Notes under the pieces: generated by a model
The model's database searches: none
Seen by the model: only the letters and a program-made list of their open reading frames with translations
What the model was told of the DNA's origin: nothing
NCBI GenBank assembly: GCA_944392125.1
Contig: CALXVP010000001.1
Location: 4,325-68,324, forward strand
Reading direction: 5' to 3'
Source: an uncultured Alphaproteobacteria bacterium
Lineage (GTDB): Bacteria > Pseudomonadota > Alphaproteobacteria > CAAHEQ01 > UBA3637
Length of the DNA stretch: 64,000 bases
Translations under genes and position numbers: made by a program
Part shown: one piece after another, positions 46,799-56,165 of the stretch
Position numbering within the stretch: the first letter of the stretch is position 1
How the letters are laid out: each line of letters starts with the position of its first letter

Positions 46799-49294
46799 TT
46801 ATGATTTGATATTATAATTTAATTTACAATATCCGTTTTCATATATCCGTGTATTCAGGCATTTTTGGCACTCTTCTTCGGTGGATTTTACGTGGATTGA
46901 GATATTGCAAGGATAGCAATTATTGTCAGCTCCCAAAAGTTGATTCTGTGTAGAACATTTAAGTCGAACACAATATCCATTCTGCTCTGCCCGATTAGGA
47001 CAAGTTTCTTCACAAGGTTTGCTTAAAAGAGCCATTGGAACGGGGAGTGAGTAGTCACAAGAATCACAACCAGAGGTATTTATTCTTAACGGCGTTTCAG
47101 CGCTACATTTTTGAACACAAACATAATTATATAAAAAATCTCTTGTCGGACAGAGAGTTTTACATAAATACGGAGTATACACTCCGGATTGATTAATTAT
47201 ATCGGCATCATCGCAACTTTTGCATATACCATATGAATCATGAAACAAAGGTTTGTCTTCGACAGGTGTTCCCTTTACACCACACAACGTACAGTAATTT
47301 ATTCCATTATAACCTCCTCCTAAGTAACGTTTAGGACATACTGAGCAATTTTCCGTAAATTTACCCACATCAACACCGTTGATTTCATCGCAACTGTAAC
47401 AGTTTCCATATCTGTCTTTTAACGGTTTTCCTTCAGTTGGTGTTCCTTTTATATCACAATCTAATATGCAATAATTTGTATTAGAATCCTCTTGTATGAT
47501 ACGTTCATTACAAACATCACAAAGTTCTGGATATCTTCCAACGTTGACAGCTTTTATTTCACTACAAGCATAACAACTTCCGTTAGCTCCTTGAAGTGGC
47601 TTATTTTCTGTGGATGTTCCGGGAATGCCACAGATAGAACAACACGTTCTGTCTGTATAACCTGTTGATGAAAACTGATTCGAACAAACCGAAAGATACG
47701 TTGAAATTGTATCCGCATTAAGCTCATCACACGTATGGCAGTTTCCTTCTTTATCAACAAGGGGTTTGTTTTCATAAGCAGAATTTTTAAGTCCGCAGGG
47801 AAGTGTGCAATAATTAACACCTGAAACGGTTTCTATATGCCGTTCTGGGCATACATCGCAGTATTCCGGATAATTGCCGACATTTATTCCCGTAATCTCC
47901 GAACAACTGTAACATGCACCATTTTTATCTTTAAGGGGTTTATCGTTCGGACAAGTTTTAAGTATACAATATCCGTTTTTTTCTTCTCGGTTAGGACAGA
48001 TATTTTCACAAGGTTCAGTTAATAGTCCTATGGCAACAGCCGAAGGGTAATTACAAGAATCGCAACTCGAAGTATTTATTCTTAACGGCGCTTCAGCACT
48101 ACATTTTGGAGTACAAACATAATTATACAAAAAATCTCTTTCCGGACAGAAAGTTTTACATAAATATGGACTATATATCCCTGTTTGATTAACTACTCCC
48201 GTATCATCACACCCTTTACATACCCCATAGGAATCATGAAATAATGGCTTATCTTCTACAGGCGTTCCTTCTACACCGCATAAAGAGCAATAATTCCGTC
48301 CGTTATAACCGCCACCCAGATAACGTTTAGGGCAAGTGGCACAATTACCCGCATATTCCCCAACATCAACACCGTTCATTTCATCGCAACTGTGGCAATT
48401 ACCGTCTTTATCCTGCAATGGTTTCTCTGTTGGGCAACATCTGCCTTCGCGATTGCAACATTGCCCGTCTGCCGTTACGGAGGCACAACAAAAATCGCCG
48501 ACAATATAATCCTCATCACAACATACCATCCAACGCGAATCATCATAGTCTTTTTTGCATGTTTGTGAATCTAAACAATATGACTCGCAAAGTCCGGTAT
48601 CTGTATTGCATGTTCCGCAAATACAATGGCTATCCTGCTTACACCGCATGATTTCATGCCGATTATCTTCGTCAATTTCATCTTTTGATGACATGTCTTT
48701 ATAAAATTCATACGCGAGTTCTACTGTTTCCGCTTGCTCGCAAATACCAATGCTTGCCTCAAATTCTTCTACACCGACGAAGATAGAGTAGGGCACTCGC
48801 CACGGCATTCGTAACAGTTCTTTGCATACATCCGTCGGAACATTACTGACAAATATCTCAAAATAATCTATATATTGCGGACTTATTCTCGCTCTAATCG
48901 GATACCCCATGCGTGTGATGGGCCCCATTTTCATTTCTATATCACCACTATAATTATTTTCAATCATAGCTTCCATATCAAAAGAAATATCGCGTGCGCG
49001 CAGATTGATTTCGTTAATGGTTTCATTGGCAATATATTTTGTCATCGCATACCGATAACCCAAAATAGCCGTTACGGATAATACCCCAATTATCGCCAAC
49101 ACGCCGAGCATTTCCACCATACTCCGCCCGTACTCAGCCGACTGCGCAGACAAATTCTCGGTGGTTGACATAGATAAATTTCCTATCTTTTGCGCGGTAT
49201 TTTTTCCGCAAAAATAGCGATTCGCGTAAAATACCTCGTTTTTAAGACTTTTCATTGATTGAGATAACTTGATAACTAACTGTTTTATATTCAT
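46799..49294 (-). CDS. Giant cysteine-rich protein with a type-IV-prepilin-like N-terminal domain (paralog B)
   Basis: The N-terminal region reads ...SAQSAEYG|RSMVEMLGVLAIIGVLSVTAILGYRYAMTKY, and about 150 aa of the N-terminus is homologous to paralog A. The C-terminal ~600 aa are built of CxxC...CxxC modules with an internal near-identical ~130-aa duplication. The start was moved to the ATG at 49294 (MNIKQLV), preceded by GGGGAGAAA. Confidence 0.6.
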   Translation of the reverse strand: MNIKQLVIKLSQSMKSLKNEVFYANRYFCGKNTAQKIGNLSMSTTENLSAQSAEYGRSMVEMLGVLAIIGVLSVTAILGYRYAMTKYIANETINEINLRARDISFDMEAMIENNYSGDIEMKMGPITRMGYPIRARISPQYIDYFEIFVSNVPTDVCKELLRMPWRVPYSIFVGVEEFEASIGICEQAETVELAYEFYKDMSSKDEIDEDNRHEIMRCKQDSHCICGTCNTDTGLCESYCLDSQTCKKDYDDSRWMVCCDEDYIVGDFCCASVTADGQCCNREGRCCPTEKPLQDKDGNCHSCDEMNGVDVGEYAGNCATCPKRYLGGGYNGRNYCSLCGVEGTPVEDKPLFHDSYGVCKGCDDTGVVNQTGIYSPYLCKTFCPERDFLYNYVCTPKCSAEAPLRINTSSCDSCNYPSAVAIGLLTEPCENICPNREEKNGYCILKTCPNDKPLKDKNGACYSCSEITGINVGNYPEYCDVCPERHIETVSGVNYCTLPCGLKNSAYENKPLVDKEGNCHTCDELNADTISTYLSVCSNQFSSTGYTDRTCCSICGIPGTSTENKPLQGANGSCYACSEIKAVNVGRYPELCDVCNERIIQEDSNTNYCILDCDIKGTPTEGKPLKDRYGNCYSCDEINGVDVGKFTENCSVCPKRYLGGGYNGINYCTLCGVKGTPVEDKPLFHDSYGICKSCDDADIINQSGVYTPYLCKTLCPTRDFLYNYVCVQKCSAETPLRINTSGCDSCDYSLPVPMALLSKPCEETCPNRAEQNGYCVRLKCSTQNQLLGADNNCYPCNISIHVKSTEEECQKCLNTRIYENGYCKLNYNIKS

Positions 49295-49495
49295 TTTATT
49301 TCTCCCCATTCTACATAAACGTCCGTTTATGTAGAGGGGATATAGCGCAACATCGCTCTGCAAAAAGAAATTTTAAAAAATTCTTATTTTACAATGAGAT
49401 ATTTATATTTAAATTTTTGCTTGATTATTTTAAAAATACCTTTATAATCTGATTTATGCTATATCATCTAGACGGACGTTTATGTAGAGTCCGTT
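49295..49495 (-). promoter_or_regulatory. Conserved ~200-bp regulatory region upstream of paralog B. It contains the 12-bp-arm perfect inverted repeat TCTACATAAACG-TC-CGTTTATGTAGA (49310..49335) and a second motif CATCTAGACGGACGTTTATGTAGAG (49465..49489).
   Basis: About 90% identical to 12870..13070, with the same motif order and spacing. Confidence 0.55.
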
Positions 49496-49545
49496 TTTTT
49501 GTATTTATAAAAAACAGCGTATGGATTGGTAAGAAAGAAATAAAT

Positions 49546-49579
49546 AAAAAACCGCAAGCGATTTGCTCACGGTTTTTTT
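49546..49579. terminator. Bidirectional rho-independent terminator (A6-CCGCAAGCG-ATTTG-CTCACGG-T7) at the 3' end of the 2-hydroxyacid dehydrogenase gene. It insulates the paralog-B regulatory region.
   Basis: 8-bp stem (two G·U pairs on the minus-strand RNA) flanked by A-runs and T-runs. Confidence 0.5.
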
Positions 49580-49597
49580 GCTTATATTGCGCTTTTT

Positions 49598-50611
49598 CTA
49601 CTTTACAACATTATTAACAATAACGCCGTCTAAATAACTCTTAATGTTATCAAAGGTTGTTTGATTGATACGATTGATGGCATCAATGGAGTTAAAGGCA
49701 ATATGCGGTGTGGCAATCACATTTTTAAATTGTAATAATTTTAAGTTCATTGCCGAATCCAATAAGAAGTCTGTATCATTCACACGTCCCGATGTATCTA
49801 CTTCATCATGCAATAAGAAGTCTTCGTTTTCCAAAACATCTAATCCCGCACCGCCGACAATACCTTGTCTTAATGCCCAGTAAAGGGCTTGCGTATCAAT
49901 TAAATCACCGCGTGCCGTATTCACAATGATAACACCGCGTTTCATCATATCAAACGCTTCTTTATTGATTAAATGGAAGTTTTGCGGTGTTGACGGAACA
50001 TGCAACGAAATAATATCTGCATTTTTATAAATTTCAGATAAATCAGATACATAGAAATCTTTTAATTCGGGATTTTGATACGGATCATACGCCAAAATTT
50101 TCATGCCGAAACCTTGCGCAATTTTAATCATATGTCGTCCGATAGAGCCGGTTCCGATAATACCGATTGTCTTCCCAAGTAAGTCAAATCCCATATATTT
50201 TTCAATCTCAATATGATTATGAGCCATGGCATTGCGCCCTTGAATAATTTTACGCGACAGCGCCAAGAGCATACCAAAAGCAAACTCTGCAACGGTTGCT
50301 TCACCGTAACGAGGCACATTTAAAACAACGATACCCCGTTTTTTGCAATAGTCTAAATCAATGTGGTTAAACCCTGTTGACCGCGTGGCAATCACTTTTA
50401 AATTCGGGAATAAATCCAAGCGCGCATTATCTACTGTTTCGGAATGAACAAACAACGAGATAATTTCGCAATCACGGTAAGCCTCAATTTTTTTGGTAGA
50501 AATACCGTTTAAACTTTCTTCAAACAACACAAAATTCAATCCTTCAATCGGATGCGATTCGGCGAATTGTTTGAAAATTTCATCAACATCAAAAAAGACT
50601 ATATTCTTCAT
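49598..50611 (-). CDS. D-isomer-specific 2-hydroxyacid dehydrogenase family protein (NAD-binding)
   Basis: 337 aa with the Rossmann motif GIIGTGSIGRHM, the catalytic R...E...H triad region (NTARGDLID...H) and a typical D-2-HDH fold pattern. Confidence 0.8.
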   Translation of the reverse strand: MKNIVFFDVDEIFKQFAESHPIEGLNFVLFEESLNGISTKKIEAYRDCEIISLFVHSETVDNARLDLFPNLKVIATRSTGFNHIDLDYCKKRGIVVLNVPRYGEATVAEFAFGMLLALSRKIIQGRNAMAHNHIEIEKYMGFDLLGKTIGIIGTGSIGRHMIKIAQGFGMKILAYDPYQNPELKDFYVSDLSEIYKNADIISLHVPSTPQNFHLINKEAFDMMKRGVIIVNTARGDLIDTQALYWALRQGIVGGAGLDVLENEDFLLHDEVDTSGRVNDTDFLLDSAMNLKLLQFKNVIATPHIAFNSIDAINRINQTTFDNIKSYLDGVIVNNVVK

Positions 50612-50749
50612 TTGGTTTTCCTTTCAATTTGTTCCGTTTATATAGGTCTTGTTTTTATAAATGCAAGAGTTCATACGATAATAAGCATAAAAAAACTACC
50701 GATAAAATCGCCTTTGCATTGCGATAACTGAAATCGGTAGCTTTTTTCC

Positions 50750-51592
50750 TTATTGTAATAAGTCTAAAATATTTATAATCGTATTGCGTAAATCCTTTCT
50801 GTGCACGACTTGATCAATCATACCGTGTTCCAAAAGATAACTTGCCTGTTGGAAGTTGGAAGGCAATTTTTCGCGCACGATTTGCTCAATAACCCGTTTC
50901 CCCGCAAATCCGATAGCAGCACCCGGTTCCGCAAGGCTGATATCACCCAGCATGGCAAATGAAGCCGTAACACCGCCCATTGTCGGGTCGGAAAGAATCG
51001 TAATATACGGTAATTTCTTACTGCGTAATTTCTTAACGGCAATTGTTGTGCGCGCCATCTGCATTAAAGAAAGCATTCCTTCCTGCATGCGTGCACCGCC
51101 CGAGGCCGGCACCAAAATTAACGAGGCTTCTTGCAACAGAGCCAACTGAGAAGCAGTTACAATCGCTTCACCGACGGCCGTTCCCATGGAACCACCCATA
51201 AATCCGAAATCAAATACACCGACAACGGCCGGATGACCACCGATTGTGCCGTGTGCCACCACAATGGCATCTTCGTTTTTTGATTTTTTGCGTGCCCGTT
51301 TTAACCTATCGGTATACTTCTCAATATCGGCAAATTTAAGCGGATCTTCCTTGACTTTCGGCAACTGGATTTGAGTATATTCCTGTCTGTCAAACAACAT
51401 ATCCAAGCGTCTGAGAACGGGTAGGCGGAAATGGTGGTCGCAATACGGACACACATAATCCGACTTTTCAATCTCGGCATGATAAAGCATTGCGCCACAA
51501 TCAGGACATCTATCCCAAAAATTATTCGGTATATCCTTCTGCGCTGCCGCAACTTTTACCGTCGGACGCGTCAGGCGAGTCAACCAATTCAT
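50750..51592 (-). CDS. accD: Acetyl-CoA carboxylase carboxyltransferase beta subunit
   Basis: 280 aa with the N-terminal Zn-ribbon CPDCGAMLYHAEIEKSDYVCPYCDHH and the carboxyltransferase domain (GGSMGTAVGE). Confidence 0.92.
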   Translation of the reverse strand: MNWLTRLTRPTVKVAAAQKDIPNNFWDRCPDCGAMLYHAEIEKSDYVCPYCDHHFRLPVLRRLDMLFDRQEYTQIQLPKVKEDPLKFADIEKYTDRLKRARKKSKNEDAIVVAHGTIGGHPAVVGVFDFGFMGGSMGTAVGEAIVTASQLALLQEASLILVPASGGARMQEGMLSLMQMARTTIAVKKLRSKKLPYITILSDPTMGGVTASFAMLGDISLAEPGAAIGFAGKRVIEQIVREKLPSNFQQASYLLEHGMIDQVVHRKDLRNTIINILDLLQ

Positions 51593-51596
51593 TCTG

Positions 51597-51878
51597 CTAT
51601 GCCTTTTTGTTTAATGCATCGTTGATGGATTTACCAGCTTTGAAAAACGGAACACGTTTGGCATTCACGCTTACTTTTGCGCCCGTTTTCGGATTGCGAC
51701 CCTGACGTGCTTTTCTCTCGCGAACGGATAACACACCGAACCCACGCAACTCAACACGATTGCCGGCAATCAATGCTTTTGTAATTTCATCAAAAACAGT
51801 GGAAACAATCCGTTCCGAATCGGATTTACTCAAATTTGTTTGTTCTGCCAATTTCGCAACCAATTCTGATTTAATCAT
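51597..51878 (-). CDS. ihfB: HU/IHF family DNA-binding protein, most similar to IHF beta
   Basis: 93 aa with MIKSELVAKLAEQ..., NRVELRGFGVLSVRERKARQGRNPKTGAKV and VPFFKAGK, a pattern closer to IHF-beta than to HU. Confidence 0.7.
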   Translation of the reverse strand: MIKSELVAKLAEQTNLSKSDSERIVSTVFDEITKALIAGNRVELRGFGVLSVRERKARQGRNPKTGAKVSVNAKRVPFFKAGKSINDALNKKA

Positions 51879-52854
51879 AGTGAACTCCTTTCTTTTTTCG
51901 GTTTGTTTGCTTGCCTTTGTTTTTATCTTGTTTTTTTATGTTTGTCAAGGCGGAAATAGGGCTTTTTTTCTTTTTTTTAACGCTGGTTGCACCCGAAACG
52001 ATGTCTATTAACTCATTTGTGATATTGGTTTGTCGCTCTTGTGCATAAATTAAATTCATTTCTTCCAATTTCTCATCGATATTCTTTTCGGATTGTTGCA
52101 TATGTATCATACGCGTATAATGTTCGGAAGCCAACGAAGAAACAATCGCTTTTGAAACAGCAATCATAATATATTCATGAATCAACGCGTTAAGTAATTC
52201 TTTATGCGACATGCTTAACATCGGAAACGATGGTCCGTCCCAGATTTTTTTCTGAACCGAAAGAGCGGGCAGGGTGAAAGGAATAAGCGTTTGTTGATAA
52301 ACGTGTGCCGTTTCGCCGATTTTTTTATTTGCAAAAATTTCAACGCGTTCAATCTCTCTTTGAGCAATTTCTTTTTGAATTAAGGCAATCAAATGCGAAG
52401 CACTGCCGGCAATTTCATCCGGATTATGTGCAATCGGAAACGCATGCAACAGATTAAATTTTTCATATTCCGCCATACCACATAACCGTCTTCCCAAGCC
52501 GATACAAGGGGTTTCGGCGCGTCTCAGTTGATTATTTTTTATAAACTTATCGGCCTTTAATAAAATCCCTTTATTGAAAGACCCAACCAGCCCGTTATCC
52601 GAGCCGATTAAAAGCAAAAGCGTTTTTCCGTTTCCGGGTGTATTCCGATAGGAAGTGTTTTTCCGAAACGGCAAGACTCCGTTTGCAACCAGTGCTTTAA
52701 ATCCTTCCGTAAGCGTGTCGGTATAATGTTTTAACCCCGTTTCGGCGCGTGTATATTGCGTAACACTGACGGATGAAAGCATTTTCATCGTGGAAACGAT
52801 ATTGCGCAAATCGCTTGTGGTTTGAATACGTTTATTAAGTTGTTCCAGTGTCAT
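51871..52854 (-). CDS. atpG: N-type ATPase gamma subunit
   Basis: 327 aa. It is the last gene of the atpDCQRBEFAG operon and overlaps atpA by 4 nt. The C-terminal helix pattern is typical of F1 gamma. Confidence 0.8.
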   Translation of the reverse strand: MTLEQLNKRIQTTSDLRNIVSTMKMLSSVSVTQYTRAETGLKHYTDTLTEGFKALVANGVLPFRKNTSYRNTPGNGKTLLLLIGSDNGLVGSFNKGILLKADKFIKNNQLRRAETPCIGLGRRLCGMAEYEKFNLLHAFPIAHNPDEIAGSASHLIALIQKEIAQREIERVEIFANKKIGETAHVYQQTLIPFTLPALSVQKKIWDGPSFPMLSMSHKELLNALIHEYIMIAVSKAIVSSLASEHYTRMIHMQQSEKNIDEKLEEMNLIYAQERQTNITNELIDIVSGATSVKKKKKSPISALTNIKKQDKNKGKQTNRKKKGVHYD

Positions 52855-54365
52855 ACGCTTTCTTCCCGAAACGGCCGAACGGCTTGTATAAAGGCTTCTT
52901 TTAAACGATGTTTCGTTTCTTCGCCGAAATTTTTGATTCCCTCACGGATTTCTTTTGCCGTTGATTGAAATTCCGTATTCATTAAATCAGCAACGGCTTG
53001 TTGTGCAGATTTCATATTTTCTTCGGGTATATTATCAAACAATCCCTCGGTTGCCGCGGTAAAAACGGCAATTTGCTCCGGCGCACTCATCGGTTGACAA
53101 CGCGGTTGTTGCAAAACGGCACGAATGGCTCGCCCGCGTTTTAAACGTTGCTCACTTTCGGCATCTAATTGTGTGCTAAATCGCGCAAATGATTCCAACT
53201 CCTCAAATTGGGCGTAAAATAATTTTAATGCCCCGACTAATGACCGATATGCCGGTAACTGCGCATCACCGCCGACACGCGAAACCGAACGTCCCGTATC
53301 AATGGCCGGCAAAATGCCTTTTTGAAACATCTCGGCGGAAAGGTAAATTTGTCCGTCGGTAATAGAAATAATATTCGTGGGAATGTAAGCCGAAATGTTG
53401 CCGGCTTCCGTGGAAACGATCGGTAACGCCGTTAAAGAACCACCGCCGAAGTTATCACGCAAATGTGTTGCCCGTTCTAAAAGGCGCGCATGGATATAAA
53501 AAATATCTCCGGGAAAAGCTTCGCGTCCGGGTGGGGTGCGCAAGAGGAGAGATAGTTGACGATACGCCCGCGCATGCGCCGTTAAATCATCATAAACAAT
53601 CAAAACATCTCTTCCTTTTTCCATAAAGTATTCCCCGATAGAGGTGGCCGCATACGGCGCAATATATTGCAATCCGGCCGGTGCATCACCGCCCGCTACA
53701 ACCACAATCGTGTTATCCATTACTTTGTTCGTTTTCAATTCATCAATCACTCGCGCCGTTGCCGTTGCTCGTTGCCCGACAGCACAGTAAATACAAATAA
53801 CTCCCGTTTCTTTTTGATTGATAATGGTATCAACGGCAATGGCGGTTTTGCCTGTTTGTCTGTCGCCCAGAATCAATTCACGTTGTCCGCGACCAATCGG
53901 CACAAAAGCATCAACGGCTTTTATTCCCGTTTGTAACGGCACATTTACGGGGGCTCGGTGCATAATCGGTGTTGCCGGCCGTTCGATTGGAAAAGACTGC
54001 ACACAGGCCGGCGCTTGTTTCCCGTCCAAAGGCTCACCGAGCGGTGTTATCACTCTGCCGAGCAACGCTTCACCGACGGGCACACTCAATACCGCTCCCG
54101 AGCGTTCGGCAATATCTCCCGGTTGGAGCGCATCTGCCTGCGTCAATAAAACAACACCGATTGTTTCTTGTGTTAATGTTTGTATCATACCGCGCATACC
54201 GTCTTTAAAAACAAGAACCTCATTCATCTCGGCATTCGGTAAGCCGGTGATTTCCGCCGTTCCGGCCGAAACCGATTTGACAACTCCGACTTCTCCCGTC
54301 TGTATGGTAGCCGATGCCGTTTGCAAGGCTTTTTTGATTTTGGCAACAGATGTATTTTCCGTCAT
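52851..54365 (-). CDS. atpA: N-type ATPase alpha subunit
   Basis: 504 aa with the P-loop GDRQTGKTAIA and alpha-type features (non-catalytic site, DDLT... region). Confidence 0.9.
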   Translation of the reverse strand: MTENTSVAKIKKALQTASATIQTGEVGVVKSVSAGTAEITGLPNAEMNEVLVFKDGMRGMIQTLTQETIGVVLLTQADALQPGDIAERSGAVLSVPVGEALLGRVITPLGEPLDGKQAPACVQSFPIERPATPIMHRAPVNVPLQTGIKAVDAFVPIGRGQRELILGDRQTGKTAIAVDTIINQKETGVICIYCAVGQRATATARVIDELKTNKVMDNTIVVVAGGDAPAGLQYIAPYAATSIGEYFMEKGRDVLIVYDDLTAHARAYRQLSLLLRTPPGREAFPGDIFYIHARLLERATHLRDNFGGGSLTALPIVSTEAGNISAYIPTNIISITDGQIYLSAEMFQKGILPAIDTGRSVSRVGGDAQLPAYRSLVGALKLFYAQFEELESFARFSTQLDAESEQRLKRGRAIRAVLQQPRCQPMSAPEQIAVFTAATEGLFDNIPEENMKSAQQAVADLMNTEFQSTAKEIREGIKNFGEETKHRLKEAFIQAVRPFREESV

Positions 54366-55141
54366 GTATTTAACCCTTCATCAATTAAAGTTGCCGTTCT
54401 GTCATGAAACTGTCGGCGAATATCATTGAAATACATTTTTACGTTCCAATCGGCGAAATAGGCTCCGATTTGGAGGCGAAATCCGAAAATCAATTCATCG
54501 TTTTTTAAAAATTTAAGTTGTCGAATATCGCTGTTCAGCGCATTTGCAACAATCTGATTGATTTCTTTTTTTTGCTCTCCGCTTAACGTATGCGGTGTGT
54601 AGATAACAGGGATTTCGCCTTCGTTTAATGCAGTCTGCATTTTATTTTTTTCAGCTGACGGCATTTTTTTGAGTGCCTTTTGAAAGAGACGGATATTTTT
54701 ATCAACCGATGAATCAACGGCAAAATCGCTTGCCAATTTATTCAGTAAATCAATTACGCATAATTCTGCAACGGATTGAATATGCGCCGAAACAACATCG
54801 CGTTGACGAAATAATTCTTCTTTGGCAACGGTCAATTGTTTGCGATATTCCTCTTTAAATGCCTGCTCGTGCGTGAGTTGAAATTCCTTATTTTTACGAA
54901 GCGTTTCATCCCACTGCGTTTTTTGCTGTTGAGCAAAAAGCGTTTGTTTCTCGTTCAGAAGTTCATTTTCTTTTTCCCACCGCGCTTTTTCATCTTCGGC
55001 TTCTTTGATTCTTCGGTGAATATAGGCTTGCCGTTGATCTACGGCTCGCACAATCGGTGTATAAAGAAAACGCTTCAAAAGCCATACCAGAATAGCAAGG
55101 TTGATAATTTGCGCAATAAAGGTAACCGTATCAAATCCCAT
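54362..55141 (-). CDS. atpF: N-type ATPase b subunit (long form)
   Basis: 259 aa with an N-terminal TM helix followed by a long charged coiled-coil. No separate delta gene is present, as in described N-ATPase operons. Confidence 0.7.
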   Translation of the reverse strand: MGFDTVTFIAQIINLAILVWLLKRFLYTPIVRAVDQRQAYIHRRIKEAEDEKARWEKENELLNEKQTLFAQQQKTQWDETLRKNKEFQLTHEQAFKEEYRKQLTVAKEELFRQRDVVSAHIQSVAELCVIDLLNKLASDFAVDSSVDKNIRLFQKALKKMPSAEKNKMQTALNEGEIPVIYTPHTLSGEQKKEINQIVANALNSDIRQLKFLKNDELIFGFRLQIGAYFADWNVKMYFNDIRRQFHDRTATLIDEGLNT

Positions 55142-55160
55142 AAATGCTACATCCCGTTAT

Positions 55161-55439
55161 TTATTTCCCGGCCACTTCAATGGCATAATTCCAAAACGGA
55201 TTAAAATACAGCAATAAAACCGTAATCACGAATGAATAAATTGCCGTTGATTCAATCATTGCCATGGCAACAAACAAAGTGCGGGTAATCGTCGGCGCTT
55301 CGTCCGGTTGTTGTGCCATGGCCTGCAGAGCGGCTGCCGCTGCGTTTCCTTCGCCGATACCCGAGCCCAATCCACCGATTGCGATACATAATCCAGCCGC
55401 TAAAGCCGACATTGCTCCGATAAGTGTAATTGCATCCAT
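55161..55439 (-). CDS. atpE: N-type ATPase c subunit (proteolipid)
   Basis: 92 aa. Two-helix hairpin with the GxGxGxG packing motif and ...MIESTAIYS... in helix 2 (E-S-T..Y ion-ligand spacing). Confidence 0.85.
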   Translation of the reverse strand: MDAITLIGAMSALAAGLCIAIGGLGSGIGEGNAAAAALQAMAQQPDEAPTITRTLFVAMAMIESTAIYSFVITVLLLYFNPFWNYAIEVAGK

Positions 55440-55457
55440 ATTTGTTCACTCCTTTCT

Positions 55458-56162
55458 TTAATTTATATATTTATCATTTTGAAATTTATCAATATATTTT
55501 GTTTCAGGACTTACTGCCGAAATGTAAACAATGGCCAGTAGCGCAAAAATATAGGCTTGAATCGTTCCCGTCAATAATCCCAAAATCTGCATGGGCAAGG
55601 GCAACAAAAACGGTGCCAGCGTGATTAAAACCGAACCGATGATAGCTCCGCTCAACACATTCCCGTATAAACGAAATGCCAGAGAAAACATAGATGAAAA
55701 ATCGCTGAGGATATTCATAGGCAACATAATGGGAGTCGGGTCAATATATTTTTTCAAATATCCGATAAATCCGGCATTTCTAATGCCATAAAACGGCATA
55801 GCCAGGAACACACATAAAGCAAACGCGGCCGTTGTGCTGAGTGATGATGTCGGCGCTTTAAATATCGGAATAATTGTTAATAAATTGCTCAATCCGATAA
55901 AGAGAAAAAACGTGCCGATAATCGGTAGATATTTGGCCGGATTATCGTTGCTGACTTCATAAATTTGTTTGCGAACCCCCATCACAATCATTTCCAATGC
56001 AGTTTGCCAACGAGATACATATAACCCCGTTTTAAGCCGACGCGTAATCAGCCAAGAGCCTCCTGCCAATAAAGCCATTACAATCCACGTATAAAACAAG
56101 GTGGCGTTTATTGGGAACATCCAAATTTGAAAAATAATAAGGGTGTCTAAATTTTCAATCAT
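55458..56162 (-). CDS. atpB: N-type ATPase a subunit
   Basis: 234 aa polytopic membrane protein. The conserved Arg is in the ...LAFRLYGNVLSG... helix (stator Arg context LxxRLxxNxxxG). Confidence 0.85.
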   Translation of the reverse strand: MIENLDTLIIFQIWMFPINATLFYTWIVMALLAGGSWLITRRLKTGLYVSRWQTALEMIVMGVRKQIYEVSNDNPAKYLPIIGTFFLFIGLSNLLTIIPIFKAPTSSLSTTAAFALCVFLAMPFYGIRNAGFIGYLKKYIDPTPIMLPMNILSDFSSMFSLAFRLYGNVLSGAIIGSVLITLAPFLLPLPMQILGLLTGTIQAYIFALLAIVYISAVSPETKYIDKFQNDKYIN

Positions 56163-56165
56163 CTA

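Noticed and set aside
51597-51878. Calling the 93-aa HU-family gene after the ATPase operon 'hupB', as synteny with tig-clpP-clpX-lon-hupB would suggest
   Set aside because: The sequence (RVELRGFG, VPFFKAGK, MIKSELVAKLAEQ) is closer to IHF-beta than to HU. A bona fide HU is encoded separately at 36683..36955. The synteny argument is kept only as a hedged remark.
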